This document shows, piece by piece, positions 1 to 34,967 of a DNA stretch of 64,000 nucleotides. Every line of letters starts with the position of its first letter. The stretch's first letter is position 1. The translations under genes and the position numbers were made by a program. The DNA is from Vicugna vicugna. Lineage: Eukaryota. The notes beneath the pieces were generated by a model. That model saw nothing but the letters and a program-made list of their open reading frames with translations. It was not told the DNA's origin and did no database searches. The stretch spans positions 334,741 through 398,740 of the forward strand of contig MU058226.1 of assembly GCA_013265495.1 (NCBI GenBank). The letters run 5' to 3'.

Positions 1-27
1 AACCCCTATCCCCTACCACTCTCCCAG

Positions 28-3000
28 GGCCGCACCCTCCTGGCCGATGACCTCTTTGCTGCCTACTTTGGACCTGGGTCTCCCTCTCGGCGGTTCCGAG
101 CAGCGTTAGGTGAGGTGTCTCGAGCCAATGCCGCCCAGGACTTCCTGCCAACTTCCAGGAATGACCCTGACCTGCATTTTGATGACGAGCGGCTAGGCCA
201 GGGACGCACACGCCTGGTGGGGGCTCTACGGGAGACGCTGGTGGCAGCCAGGGCCCTTGACCACACCCTGGCCCGCCAGCGCCTTGGGGCTGCGCTTCAT
301 GCCTTGCAGGTGAGAACAGGGCTGGGGTAATGGTCAGAGGGGTCTTTGCTTCCAGTCTTCCCTACTCCCCAATGGTGCCCTCTTAGTCAAGCCTACCCTA
401 CTCAAGAAGGGCCTGGGTGCTGCTTGCCAATGTCCTGGAGCGATTCCCTAGTCCCCACCTCCAAACTGGCAGCACATCCCCTGGCAACAGCCAGGAGCCA
501 TTGCAGATGGGGACAAGTGAGTGAGAGGACAGTGCTCAGGTTGAGGTGGGCCATGCAGGCCACTGAAAGGCCTTTGGTTGGACGCAGTGAGATAGGAAGA
601 AACACTGGGAGACTCCCACGTCAGTGAAGCTCTATCCTGGGCAAGGGAGAGAGCAGGGGAGGGGACTTGGGGCGTCTGAAGGAGTGGTAGGGTAGAAGGC
701 TTTCAGGGTGGGCAACTGGAAGGAGTGGGGAGTTAGGGCTGGAGATGGTGTGACCAGACTAGCACTTTGTTCCCCTTCTCTTCCTTTCCCTTGGGACCAG
801 GATTTCTACAGTCACAGCAACTGGGTGGAAATGGGGAGGCAGCAGCCACATCCTCAACTCCTCTGGCCAAGGCAGGAGCTCCAGAGCCTGGCACAAGGTG
901 CGGCCATGACCCCGGGAGTGAGGGGGGAGCCCACGGAGTCACCTCCTCTCAGCCCATCCAGCCACTGTGTCATATCCTAAGGTCACATAGGCTGTGACAT
1001 CACTTCATTTCTGGAACCACCTGTGAGGTCCCTCAGTTCAACCAAAGGCCACTTCCCCAAGGTCACACGGGGAAGGACAGAGCCAGCACCAGGTCTACGC
1101 CTCAGGGAGTTCTCTGTCATCCATGTGGCTTCCTCCCCTCACTGGATCACATGGGGCTTTCTCACTGTCCCTTCATCCTTCCAACTGATCTATGACCTGG
1201 AAGGTACCTCCTGCCTATTACAAGTTCACTTCACAAGCTCACAGAGGGCACGCTCCCTTTAGGATTGGTCCCCACACTTCTGGGTTTTCTAGCCCAGTCC
1301 CAGTCTCAAATGTTGAGTCTCATTGCTGGCCCATGAATTCCAGGTTTTAGTTCAGAAAGCCTAGAAGGGTAGCTTTGAGGGGTACCTATGGGCTTCCACC
1401 TTGTTCCAGTTGGGAGGAAGAGTTGAAGAAGTTTGGGTGGACAGGGATAAAGGTCAGGGGCAACAGAATCCTGAGTACCAGACCCCTGCCCTCTCTTCCC
1501 AGTGGACGATCCTACCTGCTCCGACTGTGAGGAGTTGAGCTGCCCTGGGAATTTGCTGGGCTTCACGCTCCTCACCTCTGGCTACTTTGGAACTCATCCT
1601 TCCAAACCTCCAGGTACCAGACTGGAAAGCCTCCAGAAGGAGAGAAAGTCACTTCCTAGGGATCTCAGTTCTGTAGGCCCTTCCTTGTCCTGTTTCCTGT
1701 GGCATCACTTCCTGAAAGGAGAGGAGGTTGGGAAGGAGGTGGGCGGATGAAGGCCCATTGACGTGGCCATGATTGTTGGGGTTGGGGAGCAGCTTCTTAC
1801 TCAGTTGATAAAACTTCTCCATTGCCTGAAGGCAGCTTTTGGGGACTGATTGGAGGGACTAGGGGATTCACCTTGTGCTGTGATGATTGCCTATTCCAGA
1901 TTAACTCCAGATTTGCCCTCTACAAAATTTTCTGCTGATCCTTTGCTGAGAAATGAGAGGATCAGGCCAGGTCAGGAAGGGTCTCATTTTCTTAGGAGGC
2001 AATGGGCTTTTTACCTCCACCCTCCAGATTCCTTTCCCCAACCCAGGGAAATGTAGCCACGGGGGCCATTTTGACCAGAGCAGCTCCCAGCCACCACGAG
2101 GAGGCATCAACAAGGATAGCACATCCCCAGGCTTCTCCCCCCACCACATGCTGCACCTCCAGGCTGCAAAACTGGCCCTCCTGGCCTCCATCCAGGCCTT
2201 CAGCCTCCTGCGAAGCCGCCTGGGAGACAGGGGTTTCTCCAGGTGAGTGGCCTCCTGGAGATGGACTCCTTAATAGGTAGGTGCTCCAGAGCTAAGAAAC
2301 GAGGGGCTGGGGACAAATGTGCAGACCCTTCACTGTATCTCTGGCCTGCTTCCCAGGCTGCTGGACATCACCCCAGCCTCTAGCCTGAGCTTTGTCCTGG
2401 ATACCACGGGTAGCATGGGTGAGGAGATCAACGCTGCCAAAATCCAGGCTCGCCACATTGTGGAGCAGCGGCTGGGAAGCCCCATGGAGCCCAGCCACTA
2501 CATCCTGGTGCCTTTCCATGACCCAGGTAACTGTGGTATGGCTGGGGTAGTGGACAGAAGTCCAGGGCGAGGGGTAAATGCCACTGGTAGGAAAGTGCCC
2601 TCATGACTTCACTTCTGTAGTAAAATGGAGGCACTTTCTGTAGTCCTGGCTGAGCCTGTACTGGTACCTGTGTGCATACAGGAAACAATGGGCCACTTCT
2701 TCCGCTATTTCCAAAATGACAGCACTTTCCATGTGAGTTTAGTCATGATACATGCTTAGACAGGTGGCCTCTGCTTTCTTAGGCTTCCATTCTAATAAGT
2801 CATTTTCAATTCTCTCCATTTCCTGTAGACAGAGGTTGGGATGAAGATGGGGGTGCTGGCGGGTCCAGGCCTTTGTGAAATGTTTGAGTCAGCTAGTTAC
2901 ATCATATTCCTTTCCCTGCTGAACTGGAAGTCAGATCACTTGACCTGAGTCGACTGTGTGTCTCGCTGTGTGTCCTTAGGCTGATTGTTTAACCTCTCTT

Positions 3001-6000
3001 TTCTCAATTTCATCATCCATAAAATGTATCAGTACTTGCCTTATCCTGCCTAACTCCCATAGTTGAAATGATCATCAAATAAAATTTGGACTGAGAATCC
3101 CCTAAGGGCAGAGTTTGAGCCTGATTTGCATGTATAAATCTCATAGTAGCTGACATTCGGTAGAGGCTTATCACATATTAGATGAAGGTGTGAGTAAATT
3201 AATAAGTAAGAATTTAGCACCTACTGTGTGTCAAAGCACTGTTCTTAGATTTACAAAATCAATTCAGTCATCCCAATAACCCTGTCTGAGGTAAATACTA
3301 TTATTTCTCTGGCTTTTCTGTGAAGAAACTGAGGCCCTGACACATTGTAAAATGATTATAAATCAATAAAAAGTTAAAAAAAAAAAAGAAAGAAACTGAG
3401 GCCCTAGTTTTATTTTTTTCTTAATCAAACTATAATTGATTTACAATGTTTCAGGTGTACAGTGAAGTGATTCAGTTATGTATATTCCATTATAGGTTAT
3501 TACAAGATATTAAATATAGTTCCTTGTGCTATATAGTAGGTCCTTGTAGTTTATCTGTTTTATATGTAGTAGTGTGTAACTGTTAATCTCAAACTCCTAA
3601 TTTATCCCTCCCTCCCCCTTTCCCCTTTGGTAACCATAAGTTTGTTTTCTATGTCTGTGAGTCTATTTCTGTTTTGTAAATAAGTTCATGTGTATCATTC
3701 TTTCAGATTCCACATATAAGTGATACATGACATTTGTCTTTCTCTGATTTACTTCACTTAGTATGATAATCTCTAGGTCCATCCATGTTGCTGCCCTAGT
3801 TGTTTTTTTATACTTATACATATACCCAAATAGGCCCACTCAGGATCACAGGAAGTGCCACCATTTTGTGAGGAAATGAGGTCCACTTTCCCATCAGAGG
3901 TACCTAGCCCCTACCTTGTCCTACCCTGTGTGTATAAATATAACGGAATATTGTTATCTCAATATTTGTCCACCCAAGGAACACAGTGGACCTCTTGACT
4001 GGGGAGATGGCCCTGGGTGGGAGTGAGGGGAGATCTCTTCTCACTCATTTCAATCTCCTTTCTCCTTCCCCAGGGTTTGGTCCTGTCTTTACAACCAGTG
4101 ACCCTGACAGTTTCTGGAAACAACTCAATGAGTTACATGCCTTGGGAGGTGGAGACGAGCCCGAGATGTGCCTGTCAGCTCTAGAGGTCTGCCCTCCCTA
4201 CCCTGTCCCTTCTTCTCCCCTCCTTTCCAGGCCCCACCATCAAGGGAGCTAGAGCTTCCCTGGGACCCCACCCTCAGCTCATTTTCAGAGCCTAATCCCA
4301 CTAGCTTCACTCCAGGTTCCAGGGCCCGATTGCCTTCTACTCTGCCCTCCCTTGCTCTACCCATTCCCCTACTGCCACCATTTTTTTTAACATCAATCTT
4401 TTACCTCCCTTCCAGCTGGCCTTGCTACACACACCTCCACTCTCAGACATCTTTGTCTTCACTGATGCCTCCCCCAAGGATGCCTTTCTCACCAACCAGG
4501 TGGAAGCCCTGACTCAGGAGCGGCGTTGCAGAGTGAGCATAGCTGGGGGGAGACTCAGTGTTAGCCACCCAGGGATGTGAGAAATCCTAGGACAACACTC
4601 TCATAATAAGGGTCACACCCACACTATGGTGGTTAAACTAGACTTGGCTTACGTGGGGAGAAGTGGACCATTAATATAACATTTCTCAATCCCTTTAACA
4701 GTACTAAAGAGTGGGAGACCCTACCATTAATGATACTGAATTTGTATTTGAACCTGCCCCCAGTAAACCAGTTGAAGAACTGGAGATCTGGTTGCCAACA
4801 GTCCACTATGTGGATGACATATGGTGACAGTTACAGAGAGTGGCAACTTCTAACTGAAGGCCAGGCGTTGTGTCATTAGAAGACCCTGCTGTAGCAGCCA
4901 GAGGGTAGACAGAGAATTTATCACCAATCATCAGCTCTGTAGAAAGCTTGAGCACAGGAGACCTTTGTTTACAATGTTCGATGGCACATAGAAACCTCAA
5001 GTACTGGCTTCTCTTCTGGACCCAGGTCACATTCCTGGTGACTGAAGACCCATCTAGGTTTCATGGCCGAGCTCGACGTGAGGTCTTGTCCCCTCTGCGT
5101 TTTGAGCCATATGAAGCAGTGGCCCTGGCCTCAGGAGGAGAAGTGATCTTCACCAAAGACCAGTATATTCGGGATGTGGCAGCCATTGTTGGGGACAGCA
5201 TAGCTGATCTGGTAAGGGTAGGAGCCAGACAGATCAGTGCACTCAACTCAGGACTGAGGGGATGGGTGCACTGCATTTCTCTTTCTTGTAGGAGGAGAAT
5301 GGCTCCCATTGCTGGCTTGCCATTCTAGGCAGAAGGGTGGGAAAGGAAGTTTCTCTCCCTCTGAGATCCATGGCTACAAACTTCTACACTACTGTATTAG
5401 TACTTCCATCTCCCCCCTAGTCATGGCCTCTAGTGTTCCGTCCTCATGGCTACCCTAGAAGTCCTGCCATCTTTTAAGGGGGAGCAAGAAGTGGTTGCAT
5501 CATCCTTAGTCCCTTTCCTCCAATTTTGTCATTGACCATAGCTTCAACCCTGGTCCTTCCTCCCTCAGTGGTATCCCTTCTCTATGTGTTATTTAGTTTG
5601 TCTCTACCTTTCTTTCTTCTTTGTTCCCCCCTCATCCCATGTCTTATCTTCTCCCCATTTTTCGGCCCTGCTCCCTCAAGGTGACCCTGCCCCTGGAGCC
5701 TTCTGTTGTTGTGCCTGAGAGGCCACTTGTGTTCAGTGTGGATGGGCGGCTCCAGAGGGTCACAGTCCGGATCCACGGGGAAGTCAGCAGTTTCTGGATC
5801 AGGAATCCTGCAGGTACTTCCACGTGTGTGTCTCAAGGCAGAGGGAAGAATGGAGGTTGGAGAATGAGAGGTAATGTACTAAGGGAACGGAATTCTCATG
5901 TGACAATCTCTTATCCCCAACACCCACTCAGGAGTCTCCCAGGGCCAGGAGGAAGGTGACGGGCCTCTAGGTCACACTCGCCGCTTTGGGCAGTTCTGGC

Positions 6001-7730
6001 TGGTGACCATGAATGACCCCTTGCAGACAGGAACCTGGGAGATCCAGGTCACAGCCGAGGGCATCCCCCGGGTAAGAGTGCAAGGTAAGGAGGGAGATAT
6101 TTCTGGGAAAAGAAAGGAAGACTGCCAAGCTCAGAGAGCAACATCAGTCACAGCCATCTCGGGAAGGTCTCTGACTGCCTTTGCCCTCCCTCAGCCCAGA
6201 CCTCCCTGGACTTCCTCTTCCACTTTGGGATCCCCAAGGAGGATGGACCCCACCCTGGCCTCTACCCCCTGACTCAACCAGTTGCAGGTACATTTACCCC
6301 CATCCCTAACTTGTTTACATATATATAAACTTTAGTGAATTACAATAAACATTTAATAAGGTCCACCAAATGTAAGTGTTCAGGTGGGTGGATTCTATAT
6401 AATACACCCATGTAACCATCACTCAGTTCAAGCTGTAGAATATTTCGCATCCCAGAACTCACTCCGGGCCCTCCCCATCCATACTCCCCAGAACCAACCC
6501 CTATTCAAAGCTGCTCATCCTTTTCTCCTTGTCTCCAAATCTCATGCAGATCACTGTTCTCTCCCCCCCATCCCTGTCCCAGGTCTCCAGACCCAACTGC
6601 TGGTCGAAGTGACAGGGCTGGGCTCCAGAGGACACCCTGGAGATCCTCTGCCACATTTCTCCCATGTTGTCCTTCGAGGAGTCCCGCAGGGTGCTGAGCT
6701 GGGCCGGGTGCCTTTGGAGCCCGTGGGACCCCGGGAGCGAGGTCTCTTTGCTGCCTCTCTACCGCCCACACTTCTGTCCACTACGGGACCCTTTTCTCTG
6801 GAGATTATTGGCCAGGATGGAGCGGGGCAGGGCCTACACCGGGCAGCCCCCCAGCCCTGTGCTGTAGTTCCTGTCCTTCTGGAGGTGAGAAGCCAGTGGA
6901 AGGTGTGGCCAGGTCTGCAAAGAATAGGACCTGCCCCTCCCCTGACTGGCCCTCCTCTACAGCTCAGCGGTCCCCCAGGTTTCCTGGCGCCGGGAACCAA
7001 GGCCCTGCTCAGCCTCCACATTGCCAGTTTCTCAGGCCCTCGGGATCTTGATCTTAGGACATCTGTCAACCCCAGCTTCACTCTCACCTCCAACCTCTCC
7101 AGGTGAAGCCCCTGAATCCTCCTGCTCCCTTTGGGACTCATCTTTCTATCCCCAGGTTTCAGGCTCTGGTATACCTCATTAAGCCTTGCCTCCTGCCCTT
7201 TCAGATTGGTGCTCCTCTCCCTGCCTGTGCTTGGCTCTCAGCTATTTGGAGCCTGGGGCTTCAGCCTGATATCAGTCCATGTCACTACTCTCCAGGGTTA
7301 GCCTAGAACAGAATGAGTCTGCCTGGGGGCGCCTGTGGCTGGAGGTCCCAGACTCAGCTGCCCCGGACTCTGTGGTGATGGTGACTGTGACTGCAACAGA
7401 TCGAGAAGCCAGCACAGTGCCCCCAACCCATGCCTTCCTCCGGCTCCTGGTGCTGGCCCCGGCCCCACAGGTGAGGTGCCCCCACTTTCCACTGCAGAAT
7501 AGGCAGGGCAAGAGGACGGTGGTACAGCCACCCTGACAGTTTCTCCTTCTCCCCAGAACCAGCTCCCTGCTCCTGTCTACTCCACTGACCCTGTCCTCAC
7601 CACAACCAGCCCTACCCTTCATCCTTCTACTTCGGTGACTCGGGGCAGAGCTGGGGGAGGGCTAGTGGGCAACCCGTGGTGGGGCACAGTTGGAGGGGCG
7701 CTGATCCTGCTAGGCCTGGCCTCCTGCTGA
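28..7730 (+). CDS. VWA7: von Willebrand factor A domain-containing protein 7 (G7c); 5' part lies before the window
   Basis: 15 GT-AG exons: 28-309, 801-897, 1503-1613, 2047-2242, 2357-2526, 4074-4186, 4416-4532, 5026-5211, 5681-5813, 5932-6084, 6195-6287, 6583-6884, 6963-7102, 7296-7470, 7557-7730 (2442 nt, in frame, ends TGA). Contains [16 protein letters not shown], the VWA MIDAS-like [26 protein letters not shown] and a hydrophobic C-terminus. Confidence 0.95.
3339..3389 (+). mobile_element. Extremely 5'-truncated L1 3' tail with 16-bp TSD
   Basis: GACACATTGTAAAATGATTATAAATCAATAAAAAG plus poly(A), flanked by AAGAAACTGAGGCCCT at 3323-3338 and 3390-3405. Confidence 0.75.
3410..3792 (-). mobile_element. 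L1 3'-end fragment
   Basis: T-rich start followed by typical L1 3'UTR reverse complement (CCCTTTGGTAACCATAAGTTTGTTTTCTATGTCTGTGAGTCT...TCTAGGTCCATCCATGTTGCTG). GCCCTAGTT is repeated at 3401-3409 and 3793-3801. Confidence 0.8.
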
Positions 7731-8174
7731 CACAACAGCCCCTCGAGGGATGGGTCTCCAGCGGTATTTGCTATCTTGCCCCATTGGTGAGAAGGCAACA
7801 TGGTCCTCAGGACCCTACTCTCCCAGGTAGGATGGCGGTTTTCCTTCTCATGCACTTATCCCTTCTCTTTCTTAGTGGAGGGCAATGGATTCTCTCATAA
7901 TGCACTTTCCCTAACCCTTGTGGGAACCAAACCAAAGACTCATTTTTGGAGAAAGCTGCTTTCTATTCCTCTGTAGCATCTTTATCCCACTACTTATTCA
8001 TGCTCTCTCAGGCTCAGGTAGAGGGGAAGATAATGTGGGGGCAGAGATTAAGATTTGGAGTGTGAGGAAGGTACTCCACCTCCTACCAAAAAGTATTATT
8101 TATAAAATTGTTTTTATTGAAATTCTAGAGATGCTTCTATTTTATTTTTGTATTTAAAGTTGAAGGACAGTTTC

Positions 8175-8180
8175 AATAAA
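8175..8180 (+). terminator. Probable VWA7 polyadenylation signal
   Basis: AATAAA about 445 nt after the VWA7 stop. Confidence 0.55.
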
Positions 8181-8427
8181 CATGTCTTCTCCCCAGAGGG
8201 ATTTCAGAGAAAGATTATGCAAATCATTTAGGGAAGAGGGAGAGTGTAAGACACCAAAAAGGTGAGATGGAAGTTTTCAGGAGAGAAGAAACTATATACC
8301 AAAATGTTTGGACTTCATTTGACCCACTACTTGGAGCCATTTAGCTGTTGAGTCAAAAAAGGGAATAAGGAGGCTGGGGGTTCTGACCTAGCCTCCCCAG
8401 CACAACTGAGGGGAACCAGAGGAGACC

Positions 8428-9951
<1,524 letters not shown>

Positions 9952-10265
9952 CTACCTAGTCTTTCAGCCTCTCAGAGCCCTTCCTGCTGTGTCTGCCTGA
10001 GGTTGAGGTGTTCCTACTTTAAGGAGAAAGACCATCTCCCGTGGGCTCCTGTCTTCCCTCTCGTCTGTTTTTGTAAGGTCTGTTGAAGTGGCTGGTCCTC
10101 ATGGAGTCCTTCTGTGTAGAACTCAAGGGTCTCCCTCCAGCAGTGATACTGTATTTTTAATGAGGCAGGGCAGGTCCCTCTGTGGACTGCTGCTTTGCGT
10201 TTCATCTCTTTCCTATTCTCCTGTCTGTCTGGCCTAAGGAAACAATAACTTTCTCCAAAATAAAC

Positions 10266-10271
10266 TTTATT
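10266..10271 (-). terminator. Probable MSH5 polyadenylation signal
   Basis: TTTATT (AATAAA on the minus strand) about 120 nt past the MSH5 stop. Confidence 0.6.
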
Positions 10272-10393
10272 ACTAACAGAAAACAAAATTTACAGGGAAA
10301 CTGAGAACTCTAGGTCTGAAGGAGATAAGGAAACAAAGAGGGTCTGGCAGCCCCCCGGGGTCTGGGAGGCGGAGGAGGGCCGAGGAAGGACTC

Positions 10394-26457
<16,064 letters not shown>

Positions 26458-26849
26458 GGCCTTGGAGGCTCTGCGGATGCAGAAAATTAACGCGGTTCTG
26501 GAGCGAGATGTCACCTGATGGGGGCGGGGTAGGGGGGCGCGCAGAAATGCAAAACCGCTGAGAACTAATCGGAGAGGGCTGAGGGGCAGGGCTGCGAGGG
26601 CCCTTGGAGCGCTGTGGTGACAGGTATAGGGCATTTGGAGGAGCGACTTCTCGAGTATTTCACTAAAGTACAGACTGTAGAAAACTCCACTTGCCCCACC
26701 CTCATTTCTGTCAGGCGGAGGTTCTACTTTGTAGACGTTCTGAGGGCCCAGTGGGGCGAATTGTGCACGCTTCCTCTCTCCACCACTACCAAATAATTCC
26801 ACAAGATCACAGCCTCACTTTCTTGACTTCCCCACCCAGTTGCGGACAA

Positions 26850-27300
26850 CTCGCAGTGTTTTCCCGCCTTCTCAGTCACCTGGGTAGCGACGTGTGCAAG
26901 ACCGCGCGTCACTGACCGCCGCTAACAGCCGCGAGCCTGCGGAGAGGGGTGCGCCGGCGCGAGGGTGGGGTGCGCGCGCATACGCCCCGCCTTCTTAGCC
27001 GCTATTCGTCGAAAGGATCCGGAAACTCCCTAGAGATCCAACAGAGAGAGAGGGAGGAGGGAACTGTAGAGAAGGCTGGACGGTGATTGGCCTATTTGCA
27101 TACGGGGCGGTGCTAGAATGTACAAACTTCCCGCCCTCTGCCGTTGCTTAGCACCCGAGCCTCGCGCGATCGGGGTTTCTAGGCTTTGATTGACACGGGG
27201 TGGAGCCTGTGAGAAGGTTCTTAACTGAGTTTGAGTTCGGGTCCCCGGAACATGTCTAGGGGCATTGCGGAATCCGGAGAGAAGGCCGACCTTAAAGGAA
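26850..27300. promoter_or_regulatory. CpG-island promoter of MSH5, divergent from CLIC1
   Basis: CpG-rich. NRF1-like TGCGCGCGCA 26971-26980, reverse CCAAT 27086-27090, octamer ATTTGCAT 27094-27101, E2F-type TTCCCGCC at 26861 and 27128. Candidate minus-strand non-coding exon donor near 26879. Confidence 0.65.
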
Positions 27301-30064
27301 CAGAGGCGCGTTTTTGGTTTTGTTTTGTTTTGTTTTCTGGAAAGTAGAGATAAGCAACATTAATTCAACTTGTGCCAACAATTCTAAGACTCTCTCCTCT
27401 CGGTGGGTGTGGCTGAAGAGAGGTGGTTGTCCCAAAGTATTTGCATATCAAAGCCGCAGACGGCAGCCTCTGCCTTTGTGCCCCTCTCCCCCAACCCACT
27501 AGCACTGCATTCTCTGTCCCCCAAGAGAAGGTGATAGCATTCGAATTACACTAAATTCTTGCAGAAAGAACTAACCATGATAAGAACACCTACACCCCTA
27601 TACTAACACATACACCTAAGGACAGAGGGTTTATCATTCATTCCCTTCTGGGCCAGGTGGTGGACTCAAAAGCAGAGAGCATAATTAAATCCCTGCTCCA
27701 CCAGCCTAATTTTTGAGTGTGTGGTGTGTAAGGGGAGAAGAAGCAAGGTGAAGGAGACAGAAATAAACAATTATATACTTTAAAAAACTTCCCTTAAAAT
27801 ATATCTCCCCTCTAACTAACTGTTCTGGGTGCTCTGAGATGCGGAGATCCCACCCAAGAGTTTAGGAAAGATAATGAGTGTAACCTGGCTCTGCTAACCA
27901 ATGATTGGAAAATCCCACTTAGTGAGAAAGCTGGGAGAGTGAGTTAAGGGCTAAGTTAATGGTTACCCCTGGCAAATTGTTGAGCAATGAAGTTACGGAA
28001 AACTGGAGGCCAGGTGACAGCTCTAAGGAGTGTCGGGGAGGTACACACCTTCCAGTCTGGGGTGGGAAGAGATTAGGGACTGGTTTACCAAGCTGAGGAA
28101 GGGGAGGTAGTGGAGAAAGAAGCCTGGGGAAGGAAAGGGGAGATACTGAGACAGGAGAAAAGCAAAGGCAAGGAGATTAATACGGGAGGGAAACTTCTCT
28201 GATGCAGGATTTGGGGGTACAGCCCCTGGCTTCAAATCCATAAGGCACTGATGGATGGCACCAGGAGAGGGCAGTATTCCCTGTCACGTGGGAAATTAAG
28301 GCAAAATTCTTTGTGGGTAACCATACCAGCTAGCCAAAGTCAATATTGATGATCAAGGCAGCTCTAGCTGTAAAAAGCTGTAGGAGGGAAAAGAGGCAGG
28401 GGAGAAGCTGTCAAACCTGTTTGAGATCAGGGCTGGCCCCATTTGCCTGAGGCTTCTCCCAGAGGAGAGATCTTCGTGGGGCAAATTGACCACCTGGAGC
28501 AGAAGAGGACCCTAGGAAGTAGCTCTGCTTTGACCTCCCTTCCTCAGATGAAAGAGCTCTTGTGTGCAGATTTTGAGGATCACACATAAAGGAGATTCCT
28601 CCCCCCCAACAAATGCATACTCATTGACTCATTCTACATCCTTATAAGCTGTGATAATTCAAGGGAGCAAACACCACATATATTCCTTCTTTGGGGTGGA
28701 GAAACGCCTTCCCGCAGGGAGGAGAAAACCCACAGAAGAGGAAGCATAAGAGGAAACCACTAACTGCTGGTTCGAGCACCTCTCTTCCCTCCACTCTCTC
28801 CTCCCCCAACTCTCTCCCTTTCTTTACGTTTTTAGCCCTGTTTTGCCCCTATGTCCTTACACTCCACTATGTTTCTCTGAAACTGTAGGTGTGTTGCTAG
28901 ACAGAAGGTGGTGGGGAGGAAAAAGATGGTTAGATAGGAGAGAGAGTCAGATGTAGAGGCTGGCCTATGTCCAGTTCAGAGGACATATTTTTGGGCTATT
29001 TTTCAACAGACCATAAAGAGTTTGCTAGAACCTCCAAAATTAAGGTTATTGGGAAGGAAGAGAGCTATTCTTCTGTCCTCCCTACTTCTCTAATTGTATC
29101 CCCAAGGACTCCACTCACACTATCCTGTCTAATCTTCACTTTTTTCCCCACTGTTAGGACTAGCTACCACCAAGCCCTTAGGATCAGGGCAGAGCTATCC
29201 TGGGGCCACAACAACCCCAGGCTCCTACCCTATCTCCAAGGTAACGTGTCAGTGAGAAAAAAGGACAAGGGGCACAGGAAGGGGCCCCAGATGGCTGATC
29301 AGGCTACTGAGTGGTAGCGGACCTCCCCCAGTGGTTAGGCAGCTTCCTGTTTCCCCAACACGAGCCTGATTATCTCCCTTCCCCGCCCCTGCCCTACATT
29401 TCACCACGCTTTTCCCAACCCCAGCTTCCACTTCCAAGTCCCTTTCCTGGACCACAGTCCTAGGAACCCAGACTTTGGACTGGAGTCCGAAGGCAAGGTG
29501 GAAAAAGGAATAAACCACCACCTTTCCCTTCTATAATTCCCTCTCTGGGCTGTCAGGGACGTGCTAAAGCAGTGGGTGTCCGGTTTCTTGTGTGAGGGTG
29601 GAGGGAGAGTGTCCTCTGATGAGTGAAGCAGGGAAACTGAGGCAGAAAAAGTTCTGTGTTCAGGGAGACTGACGGAGAAACAAACTTCCCAGGATTCCCT
29701 CTCCTCGATACCCTCCTCCTCGATCATCTGGAAGACCTGAGGATCTCCCTTCCGACCCACTCCCTGAATCGTCCCGCCCCCCGCCGGTCCCCTCCCCAAG
29801 TTCAGGGCGGGGCGGTCTGTGAGTCAGCGGCTCCCCGATCCGACCCGGGAGGGGGCAGAGCTAGGGTGTGGAGGACGCTGGACCGGTCGGGAGGCCGCGT
29901 CTGGTGTGAGCGGGTCTGATCGGGCTAGTGCGGCGCTGAAGGGCCAGACCTAGGTCTAGGGGAGAGATTCTCTTCAGTGAGACCCGCCTTCCCTGGCCCC
30001 GGCCCCGGCCCCGGCCCCTCCCAGTTCCCCCAGCGACGGTCGCTTCCTGGTCCCCGTCGCAACC

Positions 30065-34967
<4,903 letters not shown>

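Noticed and set aside
6551..7141. 196-aa antisense ORF, and the 240-aa sense ORF at 6384-7106
   Set aside because: These are a GC-rich shadow and intron read-through of VWA7 exons, with no independent signals.
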